From NCBI GenBank assembly GCA_964016885.1, contig OZ024740.1, forward strand, positions 364,312,001 through 364,376,000: a stretch of 64,000 bases of DNA. The letters are read 5' to 3'. Source of the DNA: Eledone cirrhosa (lineage: Eukaryota). The notes beneath the pieces are model-generated. The model did no database searches and had not been told where the DNA came from. It saw nothing but the letters and a program-made list of their open reading frames with translations. This document shows, piece by piece, positions 11,961 to 24,434 of this stretch. Made by a program: the position numbers and the translations under genes. Numbering within the stretch: the first letter of the stretch is position 1; every line of letters starts with the position of its first letter.

Positions 11961-12877
11961 TTAAAACAAAAGGTTCTTATGTTAAATTATGTTGGAAGAT
12001 TTTAATTTAAATAGGAATTCATTTAATATGGGCAGCTTTTTTTCATAGAACCAGAAGTGGTTTTGGCTGGTTAACTCTTGATATCCTGTAATAATTTAGT
12101 AGAAAATATCTAAAACTGGAGTTGTTAATTCAAATGATTATAGTATAGAACAAATTATTGGGAAAATTTCCTTTATTAGAATAAAGACTTAAATTTTTTA
12201 TGTGCTGCAGAATGACTTGCTAATGTGGTTTGTTGATTCAAATGTTCATAGTAGCTTTACTACTGGACATATTGAGGTGAAAATTTGCAGTATTAGAGTA
12301 AAGACTTCAATTTTTAATGTGATGCAGTCATAGTACTGTTTTCTACTTTTACTAATGTGGTGTCATCTTTTACTAGTGTGGTCATGTGGTACAGTACTTT
12401 AAGAGTTAATCAGATAATTACTTTTTGATTCCTTTAATCTACAGCGCTATCTTGCAATTTTCATTTAATCAAATTTTTCCAAATGAAAAAAACAAAAACA
12501 AAAAAAAAAAAACGAAGAGAAAGCTAAAAATTGAAACAATCAATGGTTACAAAATAGTTTTAACATTTCAAACAGTAATAGAACTATGGAATTGTTGCTA
12601 ATATTTATTCTTCAGTAGAAATTGTGAGTAATTGTGTATCTCTCACAGCGTAACTTATATTTTATTTAATTATTAATTTTAAAAAAAAATGTTATTTAAT
12701 TATTTATTTTTTATTTTAAATTTCTTAATATCAGTTAGAATGTAGAAAATGTTTTTAGTTCATTTTTCTGATATGATTTTAGATAAATTAAACTCCAACA
12801 AGTACTAAAGTTAATTGCTAAGACCCCACTCCCCCCCCCCTCTCTCTCTCTATATATATATATATATAAATATGTGT

Positions 12878-13100
12878 GTGTGGCCTCGTGGTTAAGCTTC
12901 GATTCCTGAACCACATGGCATGTTGTGTTCTTGAGCAAAACACTTCATTTCATATTACTCCAGTACACTCACCTGAAAATGAGTTCCAGCCATAGCTGGG
13001 GCTTAAACCTGTGATAGACTGCCATCCTGTCCAGTTGCTTAACACTGATGAAAGATGAAACTAAGGATAAATGCTGGCCTGATGGCTTGGGACAGGCCTT
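12878..13100 (+). mobile_element. tRNA-derived SINE of a second family (CORE/V-like central domain)
   Basis: TGGCCTCGTGGTTAAG head, GTTGTGTTCTTGAGCAAAACACTT, CTCCAGTACACTCACCTG; related to 57100-57455. Confidence 0.65.
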
Positions 13101-13130
13101 AACTTAATTTTGTATGTGTGTGTATATATA

Positions 13131-13280
13131 TTCTTTATTAATGACAATTTTAAGTCTTTTTACTCTGGAGTTTCTCTTATGTAGTCACAGGATCATCAGA
13201 CAAGACTCATTTTTGTGACCGTATAAGTTCATAGGAGAAACTCCAGAGTAACAAGATTCAATCTTGGCTTTAATAAAGAA
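13131..13280. repeat. Palindromic element with ~51-bp imperfect arms
   Basis: TTCTTTATTAA..TTACTCTGGAGTTTCTCTTATG pairs with CATAGGAGAAACTCCAGAGTAA..TTAATAAAGAA; inner GTCACA/TGTGAC. Confidence 0.8.
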
Positions 13281-13915
13281 AATATTAATCTCTACTATGG
13301 TATTGAGTGTTCATTCTTGTGGATGTCAGTACTAACATATATATGTTCTTGCTCTGCTTTTCAGTTTTTTGTTTGTTTCTCTTGCTATCACATGACCCTC
13401 TTCAGCTCCCAAACATACAGACCATTTTTCTGATCTATTCCTTCCTTACATTCTCTGGGAATCTTTTAGTCTTTGTCATATTTATTCTTTGTGCCTTAAT
13501 CCTTTTTATATCCCCACACCCTCCCCGAAACTACCCTTGTTCTACAATACAAAGCTATTTATTTTTAAATGTTTATATTTATTTAAAAACTTACCATCAT
13601 AAATTTATGTAAGAACATTTGTTAACCTTTTTGAAACTAACCTGTCTCAAACTGCTTCTGGTTCTATGAATCGAAACCACCCATTTTCAAGGGCTCCTAT
13701 TTAAATTATAATTTTCAAATGTACTTTAATATAAAAAACTTTTGTTATATCATGTTAGAAATACCATCTTAATAATGAAGCAATTCTTCCAAATTCTTCA
13801 TTAATTCAAATATAGTGTATTTCATTAGAAATATGATATCAAACAGGTTAACTCTTTTGATACCAAACCACCTGAAAGTGCCATTTGCTTCGACAATACT
13901 AAGCTGTTTATATTT

Positions 13916-14037
13916 ATCAGATGGAGAAATAATTGTTTCTACTTTAGGCACAAGGCCAGCATTACCCAGTGCATTACTGGTACTTCCAACTCACTATTAT
14001 TTCTCCATCAGATGGAGAAATAATAGTGATTTGGAAG
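13916..14037 (-). mobile_element. Severely 5'-truncated young SINE (13934-13985) with 18-bp TSD and fold-back templated insertion
   Basis: TSD ATCAGATGGAGAAATAAT at 13916-13933 and 14007-14024; palindrome 13983-14037. Confidence 0.85.
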
Positions 14038-14130
14038 GTTTGAAACGCTCTGTTACATATAAAATAGTGATTTCTTACTCATGGTCATACATTGATTGAA
14101 GTAACCTCAATACATGTTTGATATTTATTT

Positions 14131-14622
14131 GGTTCCATTCATTTTGAGCGAAACATTCATAAGAGTGAACAGTAATTTCAGCAACAGTTTGGCTCTTGAT
14201 ATTCTTTAAGAAGGGAAGAGAGCCTACAAAGAGGAAATATTTTTGAATTTTTTTAGGAGAACATGCACAAAGGAAGAAGAATTAAAAGCATTGTTGAATC
14301 AAGAGAAGATTTTAAAATTACAGATTATCTTAGACACCTTGCTTACAACATTACTTTTTGAATTTCTATTCTTTCTAGAATTAATTTTTTTGATTTTAAA
14401 GGTTGTGAATTTTTAGTTCTTTCTACCATAAAATGTGTTAAATTTTAATAATTTTTTTATTTACCCATTTGAATGTGTAATTTTTTGTACAAAAAAAATT
14501 GTAGATTTCTTGTATATTTTTATTTTTATTTTTATTTTTATCCACTTCGCTCAAACTGACTTGGCTTAATAGACATCGCTGAAAATGCACATAATTTTAA
14601 CTTCGCTCAAATGAATGGACAC
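14131..14622. mobile_element. Non-autonomous TIR element with G termini and 8-bp TSD (Mutator/Merlin-like, superfamily uncertain)
   Basis: GGTTCCATTCATTTTGAGCGAA (14131-14152) is inverted to TTCGCTCAAATGAATGGACAC (14602-14622); ATTTATTT on both sides; extra CTTCGCTCAAA at about 14545. Confidence 0.7.
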
Positions 14623-15360
14623 ATTTATTTACTTTATTAACTTTTTGTGGACATATTTCTAATGAAATACACTATATTTCAATTAATTGATGAAAAATTT
14701 TGAGGGATTTACTAAAAATATTATTTAGGTAGTAATTTAAGTATGGTTCTTATATAATATTCTGTCAGAAGATTTTAATTTAAATAGGAATTCTTTCAAA
14801 TTGGAGATTTTCTTTCATAGATCCAGAACTAGTTTTGGCCTGGTTTTTCCAAAAAGTGTTTAACTCTGGACAGATGTTGGCTGCAAACTAATGGAGTTGT
14901 TAGAGTATTGTATAGGGTTCGAATCCTTTGGAAAAAGCTTGAGTTGCTCAGTATTTTTCTGTTGATTGAAATTCATCATTAAATTGGTTTTCCATTTATT
15001 ATCGAAATTGTATTTCATCAGAATAGAAAGTTAAGGTGACCTTCTTGACTGTCACAACAGAATTTCTATATTCTTTTGAGTATTTTCTCTATAACAATCA
15101 ATACCATACATTCTGATTTATTATATTGTATTATTCCATTTGTTAACGTTCATATATTACGACTGCAAACAGAATCAATAATTATATTTATCTAAATTAC
15201 AACTTCACTTCTTATAAAAGCCAGTTGGCTTGTCAATTGGAGCTTAAATTCTTATTTATTCCATTTTCGAATCTTTATTTTTTATTGTTATTTTCTGACA
15301 TTATATTCTTTCTAGAATTTAAATGATTTACCATGGCTCTTACGTGAACCTCAATGGATG

Positions 15361-15515
15361 CAGGTATGGCTGAGATGTTAAGAAGATTGCTTTGCATCTA
15401 TGGGGTCCAAGGTTTGATATTGTTGCATGGAATCTTGGGCAAGTATCTTTAGCGTAGCTCAGATCAACCCAAACCTTGTAATTGAAATTGGGTTGACTGA
15501 AACTGTATGGAAGCT
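15361..15515 (+). mobile_element. tRNA-derived SINE, third family
   Basis: CAGGTATGGCTGAG..TAAGAAG head, CTTGGGCAAGT core, AAACTGTATGGAAGC end; an antisense relative lies at about 58300-58466. Confidence 0.65.
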
Positions 15516-17247
15516 TATCAGATGGATTGTATCTATAATTCAGTGGTCCAACCTTGTCATATAATGTCATGTAGACAGAATCTATGTGGAAGCCCATTGG
15601 GTGGACTGTACCTAAAAAGCAAAGTTCCATCATTATTATCAACTTATGCCTGCTTTTCCATGCTGGTATGAGTTGGACTCATTTAAAAAGAGATTTTTAT
15701 ATCAAACTCAAACTTATTTCAATGAATTTTGAAAGGATGACAAGCCTAAACCAATGTCAGCTGGATTTGAACTGACCAATAACCGATTACTGTGTTTAAA
15801 TCCTGTTGAACTCAACTTTCACCCTTTCAGATGTTGGTAAAATAAGCACAGAATAGTGCGATTAATTTAACCCATTTGATACTAACCATGCTATCCTGCC
15901 TAAAATCAATATCTACCAACAATTTTATAGAAAAACTTCTTATGTTACACATAGTATCTTAATAATGAAATGATTTATAATTTAAGTAAATCCCTCCAAA
16001 TTCTTCATAAATTAATTGAAATACAGTGTATTTCACTCAAAATGTAGTAACAAAAGGGTTAGTTATGCAATATAGAAAATAGCATTGTTAGACACAGTGT
16101 AAATCCTCAGTAAAACCTTTACATAATAGTAAAACTAAAAATGTCATACATCAAGGAAAAGTCATACTTCAAGAAATATCAATAATTAATTCTGTGTAAC
16201 AATTGAGAGATCCATGAATCTAAAGCTGGTGGAGATGTGTGAATAATGGTGGTAGTATTATATAGTATTAAGAGGAGGATCAAAGTCATCATTCATCTAC
16301 TCTTTATGGAGAATTTCAAACTGAATATTATAGATAGTTTTCAATTTAGGTCTGACTGTCTACTTAGTTTTCAGAAGAAGTATTTCTTATGATGCCAGGA
16401 TGTCATGTTATTTGGAAAGAGATAGGGAGGTGACAACACAATGAAAACATTAACAAACTCAACACAGCTAAATAACGCCCCCCCCTCCCATCCAACAACT
16501 ATAAAATACTCACAGTGAGACTTATGTATGTTTGTTATATGTATTGTATATGGTTCCATAAACGTATCTATTTTGAAACACGCTGTGTTAGTGCTACTGT
16601 TAATTAATGATTTCTAATTTATTCCCAAGGCCAATTTTTTGGGAAGTGGGGAAGTTGATCAATTTGACCACAGTATTACTGGTACTTTATTTTATTGACT
16701 CCATAGGAGGTTAATTAATGGTTTCTAATTTAGCCACTAGGCCAATTTTGGGGAAGGCGGAGTAGTTGATAAATTGACCTCACTGGGACTAGATTTTATT
16801 GACTCTGGAAGGATGACAGGCAAAGCTGTCCTTAGTAGGGCTTGAAACCAGAACATAAAGGTTGTAACGAAATATGATCTATTTCATTCAGTGCTCTTAT
16901 GATTTTTCCAACCCACTGCCTTTAAATAGTTTCTAATTTTGGCACAGGGCCAGCAATTTTGTGGGAATAGAAATATCGATTATATATGTATAATGACTGA
17001 ATCAATAAAAGAATATTAACCACATACAGAATTGTTTAGGTTTCATGAAGAAATCAAATAGTACATATGCCCTCCATAAAATAATTTTCATATGCTATCT
17101 GGTGTTTGTATTTTATACTTGTTAATTAGAAGTAGCATGAACACAGTGTAGTCATCTGACAACTACCTCAGTAACCATGTGAGAATGCCAAATATTAGTA
17201 TTTCAGAATCATTAATTCCTCATCAGCTACACCTATTCAGTACTGAG

Positions 17248-17460
17248 GCATTTAAACTGGTTGTATCTGGCCAGAATTCCCTCACCTCTTTCTGTTCAAA
17301 GTAGCCGTAATTGGCCACTCATACTAACATTAATGTATTATTCCCGAAGTAAATAACATAAAAATCTCATAGATTTTATATTATGTAAGATAATATGTGA
17401 ATTAAAGCCTTTACTGCAAAAATACAATAGTAAATATAGAGTAATGTAAATGCTAAAGGG
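17248..17460 (-). mobile_element. MITE family 1 copy
   Basis: Ends AATGTAAATGCTAAAGGG followed by TTAA. Confidence 0.85.
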
Positions 17461-17954
17461 TTAAGTCCAACCCTCTCTTTGCCAAAGTTTTAATTATTTA
17501 CTTTAACTCAGTTCGGCTTTCAGTTATCAAAGCTAGGCTTTCGTTTCTGTAATTTTCTCTTGTGGCATTGACTTCAATTCTTCTGAATTGTATAGAATGC
17601 AATAATATAGGAATCAGGATTTTCAAAAGTCACCCAACCATTGCAATAGATTCAATATATCTCTTAATTAAAATTTTAATTTAATTGTAGCAACATGTAT
17701 TGATTATAACTTGGAAGAAGTAAATTCATTGTTAAGACTAAAACAACAGCTGCTTTGTTATTAATTAACTTCTAAGTAATGAACAAAATTAGTTCAAATA
17801 TTTGAAACTAAACGGCAATAGTGATTATTAATAGTGCTTTGATGGTTTTCTACAGAAAATTATATAATATTAGAAATTGTTTTAGTTTTACTGTAATTAA
17901 TAACGTTTGAAAAATGTTTTTCAATTCACTTTGATAGAGTTCCTTACAAAACTC

Positions 17955-18440
17955 ATCATCATCATTATCACCATTATCACATGCCTCCTTTCCATGCTGG
18001 TATGGGTCTGATGGGTCATCGTGATCTAAAACTTGACTGATTGGATAATGTTGTCTTGTTCACGTGTTTCCTATTTTAGCATGGTTTATTTAGCTAGATA
18101 TTCTTCTCAATGCCAACCAATTTACAGAGTGTTTTGGGTGCATTTTATTGTGGCACCAGCATTAACACTTTACGGAGTGCATTGAGTACATTTTATTGTG
18201 GCACCAACAACTAACACTTTATAGAGTATACTGGGTACATTTTATTGTGGCACCAGCACTAAACTTTAGAGTGTACTGAGTGGGTTAATATGATACATGT
18301 TGACAATTTTACTCTCTATATTTGTAATTCTCTTTTCAATAATATACAAATAACATCTTATTCCCATATTATGTTGTTGTCGTTGTTGTGTCTTTCATTT
18401 ACAAAGTTTATCTCTTAATCTGGGTCCTTCATGTTAGTGG
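17955..18440 (-). mobile_element. RTE-tailed SINE remnant with 3-4 48-bp units, followed by a ~160-bp segment also present at 51045-51204
   Basis: (CAT)n, TTTCCATGCTGGTATGGG, units CTTTA(C/T)AGAGT..CATTTTATTGTGGCACCA; then GGGTTAATATGATACA..GGGTCCTTCATGTTAGT. Confidence 0.8.
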
Positions 18441-18599
18441 CATCAACCTAATATTCCTCTTTCATATTTAGGTTTTTAAAAAAAATATTTTAATGCTTTT
18501 TTGATAACATTTTTGTTCGTTTTATCTTCACTTGGGTAATTATCTAATTGAGTTACGACACTATAGCCGTTCCTATTTCTTATGTCTGGGGACACAGTA

Positions 18600-19430
18600 T
18601 GAAGGTTTGCTTATTAAGTTACCCACTGGAGATTGATTCTCAGACATTGCTTTGAAGTACAAAGTATCTGACTTTATTTCTTCTCATGGGAAGTAATAGT
18701 ATTAGGGAGACTTAATGTGAAGAGTGGAGTCACATACATTCATCGCATACAGTTTTTAGTGATCTCACAGGAAGCATGAGTTGCTGTCAGGCAACTTTCT
18801 TGTCATCTGTTCATTTCAACTGAGACTGCCAACAAGGACCCAAAGTTCCTAAATGTAATAACTGGAGATGAGATATGGGTGTATGGGTATGGCTAGGAAA
18901 CCAAAATAAGTCATCACAGTGGAATCATCCAACATTGCCAAAGCCCCCAAAAGCATTTCAGGTGTGGAACAAAATCAAGGTAATGCTGACTGTTTCTTTA
19001 ACTACTGAGGCTTTGTGTATTATGAATATGCACCAAAAGGGCAAACAGTTACAAAAGTCAATAAGGCTTCTGTAGTCTTCATGATGCAGTCTATCAGAAA
19101 AGATGGGATCTGTGAGCCTCACAAAATTGGTAGCTACATCATATAACACAGGGTTCATTTGTCTCAGCTAATTCAAGGTTTCTTGGAAAAGAAAGGTATT
19201 TTGCTCATTCACCAGGCTCCTTATTCTTCAGACATGGCTTCTGATTTCTGGTAGTTCCCAAAAATGAAGATGTCACTGAAAGGTTTCTCACTTTGAGAGC
19301 CAAGAGGACATCATGTGGTCTGAGGGTGTAGCTGAGAGCCATTCTGGAAGAATTATACTTCAAAGTGTGGAAGGATCACTGGGATAAACATATGGAAGCA
19401 CTGGGGATTTACTTCAAAAGTGATTAACAA
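18600..19430 (+). mobile_element. Decayed mariner (DD34D) transposase pseudogene
   Basis: VITGDEIWVYGY, SSQW..KIKVMLTV, YEYAPKGQTV, HQAPYSSDMASDFW-FPKMK..LKG (YSPDLAP motif), terminal YFKSD*; many stops and frameshifts. Confidence 0.85.
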
Positions 19431-20199
19431 TTAAACTCCAAGTATGTAATGACTAAAAATCACAATAGAATGAAGCTTGTTCACAACTCTGGAAACAAAA
19501 TAGCTGTGTTTAATATTTACTATGGCCGTTCCTGAAAAGATAATCATGTAAAGAATAAATGATTTTTAAAATTCTTTTTTCTTCGGTTTCAGTTATTAAA
19601 TTGCATGTGTGCTGGGAATCTACTTTTTAGTATCGTTCCCAGTACTTATTCGTATATTTTTTCTTAAACTTTATATACTCTTTTTCTTTGTGTATAATAA
19701 AACTTGAGTATAATATGACATCTATTTCAGAAGCCCCAAAACAAAAAAAACAAAAAAATTACCTCTTTGCATGTAATGACTATAGTATAGTCATGGATCA
19801 ATCTATCCATTTGAAATGAATATTTTAAAACTCTGTTAACATTTTTGAAAAACGTGCTTATGCATTATGGTACCCACTGCGATTTTAGCCCCTAATTTTA
19901 GTTCAAAATTTCCCACTTGAGAAAACATAATACATAAATTAAATGGTTTTGTAATTGGATGTATGGGAGGGAGATAAAAAATAGATTTTGGAAAATAGAA
20001 AAGATTTATTGCTAAAACTCCTACTACGCTCAAATATATTTTCTTACTTTTCATTTATTTTCTTTGTATTGATCTCAACGTTGAAGCAATCATTTCATGT
20101 TGGGCTTTTTAGCAATACTTGCTTTAAAAGTTACATATTAGAAAATATATATATATATATATATAATATTGTTATTATTTTTTCCTTTCTCATCAGTAG

Positions 20200-20575
20200 T
20201 TTTTGCTGTTATTAAGTATGGCTGCTTTTCTGCTATTGAGTATGGATATCTGTGTTATTATGTAATGTTATTTATCTGTTATTAAGTATGATTATTTTGG
20301 ATTGGCAGTATCGGTAGAGGGTCGGACGCCATGCTTTCCAGCATAGTTACGTCCCTTTACGATCTGAGTTCAAATCCCGCCGAGGTTGACTTTGCCTTTC
20401 ATCCTTACGGGGTCGATAAAATAAAGTACCAGTAATGCACTGGGTAATTGCTGGCCTTGTGCCTAACGTAGAAACAATTATTTCTGTTAAGTATGGCTAT
20501 CTCTCTGTTAAGTATTATGTTACCATGTATGGCTATCTCTGTTCTTAAGTATGACTATCTCTGTTATTTTTAATG
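20200..20575 (+). repeat. Degenerate ~21-bp tandem repeat interrupted by a young SINE (20298-20476)
   Basis: AAGTATGGCTATCTCTGTTATT-like units; SINE TSD ATTATTT at 20291-20297 and 20477-20483. Confidence 0.8.
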
Positions 20576-20786
20576 AAATAGAGTATATTACGTTAGAAAT
20601 ATAACAAAAGGTTTACAAACTCGTTTTCTCAGTTTGTAAAGCATAGGAACATATGTGGCTCCCAGTCTGACTGTGCATATAGTAACTCTGATTGAGTGTT
20701 GGCCTAGTCTATGACGCCCTGTCCAGCCTATGCTAAAGTAGACGTTAAAAATTGAGGTTGAATAAGTGGTCATATTGAACAAAATA

Positions 20787-20943
20787 CCGTATTTCCACTA
20801 CTTTTTTCCTAAAATAAGTCTCAAAAATCTAACATGCATCCTGGAGGCTGAAGGTTGTTTATTTATTTTTTTTTCAAATTTTTGGTTGTCAAAATAAGGG
20901 TGCATCCTCGAGGACGAAGCGTCTTCGGCGCTGGGAAATATGG
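20787..20943. mobile_element. Tc1/mariner-superfamily (Tc2/pogo-like) MITE
   Basis: TA|CCGTATTTCC ... GGAAATATGG|TA; internal GCATCCT(G/C)GAGG repeats. Confidence 0.7.
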
Positions 20944-21363
20944 TACTTGTTTAATGAGTTTACAGGTTGATGCTGCTTTGTTGATATTATGTTCAAAATT
21001 TCAAGTTCAATGGCAGACAGATTTAAGCATAGATCAATCAGGTTTTAAAATAGATCTAAAAATACCAAACTACTCCTGTAGGTTTGGAAACAATTAGTAG
21101 TGATGGTGGTGAGATAAAGATTGATATTTTCTCATATTATAGTAAAATATTTTCTATAGCTTTTATCTATTGTTGTTCTATTGTTATATTATAGTATAAT
21201 GTTTTATAAATCTATTATTGTTCTACTGCAGTTGTGACAACATGTAGAACTGATAGAAAATTCCAATTTTCTTTTCATATATAATCTACCTCTATTTTCT
21301 TTCTCTATTTATAAATAATCTATCTTTATATATAATCTGTCTCTATACATAATCTCTCCCCAC

Positions 21364-21396
<33 letters not shown>

Positions 21397-24300
21397 CGCA
21401 CACATATATATATCTCTATTTCTTTCTCTCCCTAGAAAATATTATAAAAATAATATTAGTGGTGGAGGGGTGTGGTGGATAATATGATCGATGAATATTT
21501 GGAATATTTCCAAAGATTTCATACTTGAGAATCTCTCTCACACCTATAATCTGGAGACAATATTATGACATGTTCATATCATTGCAACACACAGACACCA
21601 CACCACACCACACACACACACACAGCATGTGTGTTGATGGATCATATAAATTGTTTCAGACACTAAGAATTTAGTTTACCATGTGGTTAAATATATATAC
21701 TTTACACGCACGCACACAAACACACACATGCGCGTGCATATATATATATCTGCATCTTTGTCATGTATACATTCCTTTTTCCAGCATTTTATTTTATGTA
21801 CATACAGGCAATTTTTTTAATATATATGTGCCACAGAAGTTTATATGTGATTAGCGCAAGGATGCTATGCGGCTATAACATTTATGCATATTGTGCATGC
21901 ACTTTCGGGCTTATATCGCCACATGATCGGGCTGGGTCCAAGCCTCAAGAACGTTGTCCCATATAATACTATGTGCACAGCTGCGCGTGTGTGTATTCAT
22001 CAAGTATGCGCCCTCGATATGAGCATGCGCGGGTACATGTATGTATGTGCGTCCACGCAAATATGCATGCGCACGTGTATACACATGTCTGGGCGGATGC
22101 AATTGTATGAACATGTCTGTGTGAGGGTATGACTGCCTATGTGTAGATCTTTCTTTTTTTCATCTGTGTATATATGTGCAGCGTCTCAACTGTACACACT
22201 TCCCTGAGTACAGTGTGTGAGTGTAGATATGTGTATATTTATCAAAAATACCTTCGAAATAACCTTTTTAGTGAAAGGCTGTTCCAAGCATTCATTTAAA
22301 AACGTTCTTTGTACAGAGTTTTTTTCTTTTTGAAATATGTATGTTTTAAGGTATTCTGAGGCTGTGTTCTTGAAACGTTATGCTAAATATTTTTCTAATA
22401 TTTTTTTTTTAAATTTGATTTAAAAATTTGATTTAAAAATTCCCTCCAAGCATTATTTACGGTGATCGCGATTGGTGTAGGAGAGGGCGCCTAAAGACAG
22501 TGAAGATCTCGAAGTGCCCCCAGCATTTCAAGCATAAAACCCAATACCTACTACAGTAGTAATTCCGACCTAAGAAACAAATTTGATTGACAGGTGGAGA
22601 ATGAAATAAACCAAATAGTGGACAACCATGAGTGGCTAGAAATATCGATGACGTGTCCAATTCTTGACCACTCATAGAATGACAACAACAGGATCTATGC
22701 CGACAGGCAAAGTATATCAATAGGAAAATCTGCTTCGTAGAATCAAGACGTATCTGAGGACCTTGCAATTTTCAGAGTCAGGTTCGATCAACACATCGAT
22801 CGTGCCTCGAGCTGGTCGCCAGAGAAACGATTGTAATATGTCCAATAAATTCCATTCGTCTCAACACTGATTCTCTTTTTTTTCTGTGATATCATCATCA
22901 TCATCGTTAGCATGGGTTAGATGGGTTGTCCTGTTGTGGGCAGTGTCGGGTCTTCTGTATTACTGCGTGATGCCAGAGGTCACACATATATATGTATGCA
23001 TATATTCTTTAGATTCACATTCTTTAGTGATTTATTCTAGTAATCCTATAATTGTAAGTGAATGCTGTTATATTTTTTTATATTTCAAGGGTGGGTGGGT
23101 AGGAGTTGACCCCACCCCCACCTCATCCCAGAAGAAACAAACAAAAAAGAACTTATTTGGACTATTTTAGAGAAATAATATTTTTTATAACTTGTCAACT
23201 TGTAATGTCTATTGATTATTTTCTCTACATTCAAGGAACAAGTATACTTGAGTGTATTGTCCCTAATAAGGCAGAAAATTGACAGTCAATGTCAGCGTCC
23301 TTTGCAGTATTTGTTCTGGCTCTCTACAATCTAAGTTCAAATCCTGCTGAGGTCAACTTTGTCATTCACCCTTTCAGGTGGTGGATTGGCTGAATTGTTA
23401 GTGTTGTAAAGGATACCTTGTGCTATTTCTTTTACTCTTTAGCACATCTTTTCCACCTCTGATATCATTGGTACCAAGCTATATGAATCTTTGAATTTCC
23501 CTTGAACAGCATCTGTGGTGGGAAGAAGTGAGATATTGCATGCATAAGCAATGACTGGTCCTCCATAAAACACATTGCCCTAACTCGTGTCTTTGAGGTG
23601 AGTTTCTTAGGTGCAAATATCCCCTGACCTAAGTAAACCTTATATATTGTCCGCAGCATATTACTTAGTGATGATATACGAAATCAACTCTGATGAGATT
23701 TGAACTCAGAACTTGGTGTAATTTATTCTTTTATTCCTTTTACTGCTTTTAGTCATTAGACAGCAGCCATTCTACTCAGCTGTATAAATGGGTTGTGACA
23801 TCACTGGTACCAGGCTGTATTGGCACCAGTGACGTATTGGCCTTCAATATTAAAAATGTTTAAATTTATTTTTATTTTGTTTTTTTCCCCCTTTTTAATT
23901 ATTTTTTTTTAATTATTTGTCTCACTAGCTCTTTTTGATTACCAACTGTAAGGAATACTCAATATTTCCCCTACTATGTAATGGCTTACTAGCTCTATGC
24001 ATTTAAATTGATTAAATAAATATATATGCTGTTAAGTGGTTGGTGATAGGAAGTGCATTCGGCTGTAGAAAGCTTGCCAAACAAGGGTAGGGAGGACCCT
24101 TCAGTTGTGAGTGCATGACAGCTTTCCTAGTGTTGGAAATCTATATGATAAATGCACCCAGTGCACGGTGTAAAGTGGTTGGTGATAGGAAGCGCATTTA
24201 GCTGTAGAAAACTTGCCAAGCAAAGGTTTGAGAGGAACTTTCAGTTGTGTCAAAGACATGAAAACCTCTCCTGCTGACTTGGTAGAACGTGGGACAGTAT

Positions 24301-24397
24301 GTAAGCGAGATGCAGACCCCTAGCCTGAGTACTGACATGGTCTATGTAGATCCGTTCAACCCTTGCTAGTTGGGAAAGCAAACGTTAAAAGGATGAT

Positions 24398-24434
<37 letters not shown>

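Noticed and set aside
13046-13062. Hammerhead-like CTGATGA..GAAAC
   Set aside because: No stem II or supporting stems; lies in a decayed SINE tail.
14111-14133. Resemblance to miR-190 (ATGTTTGATAT..TTTGGT)
   Set aside because: Seed region differs, no complementary arm was seen, and it overlaps a MITE TSD.
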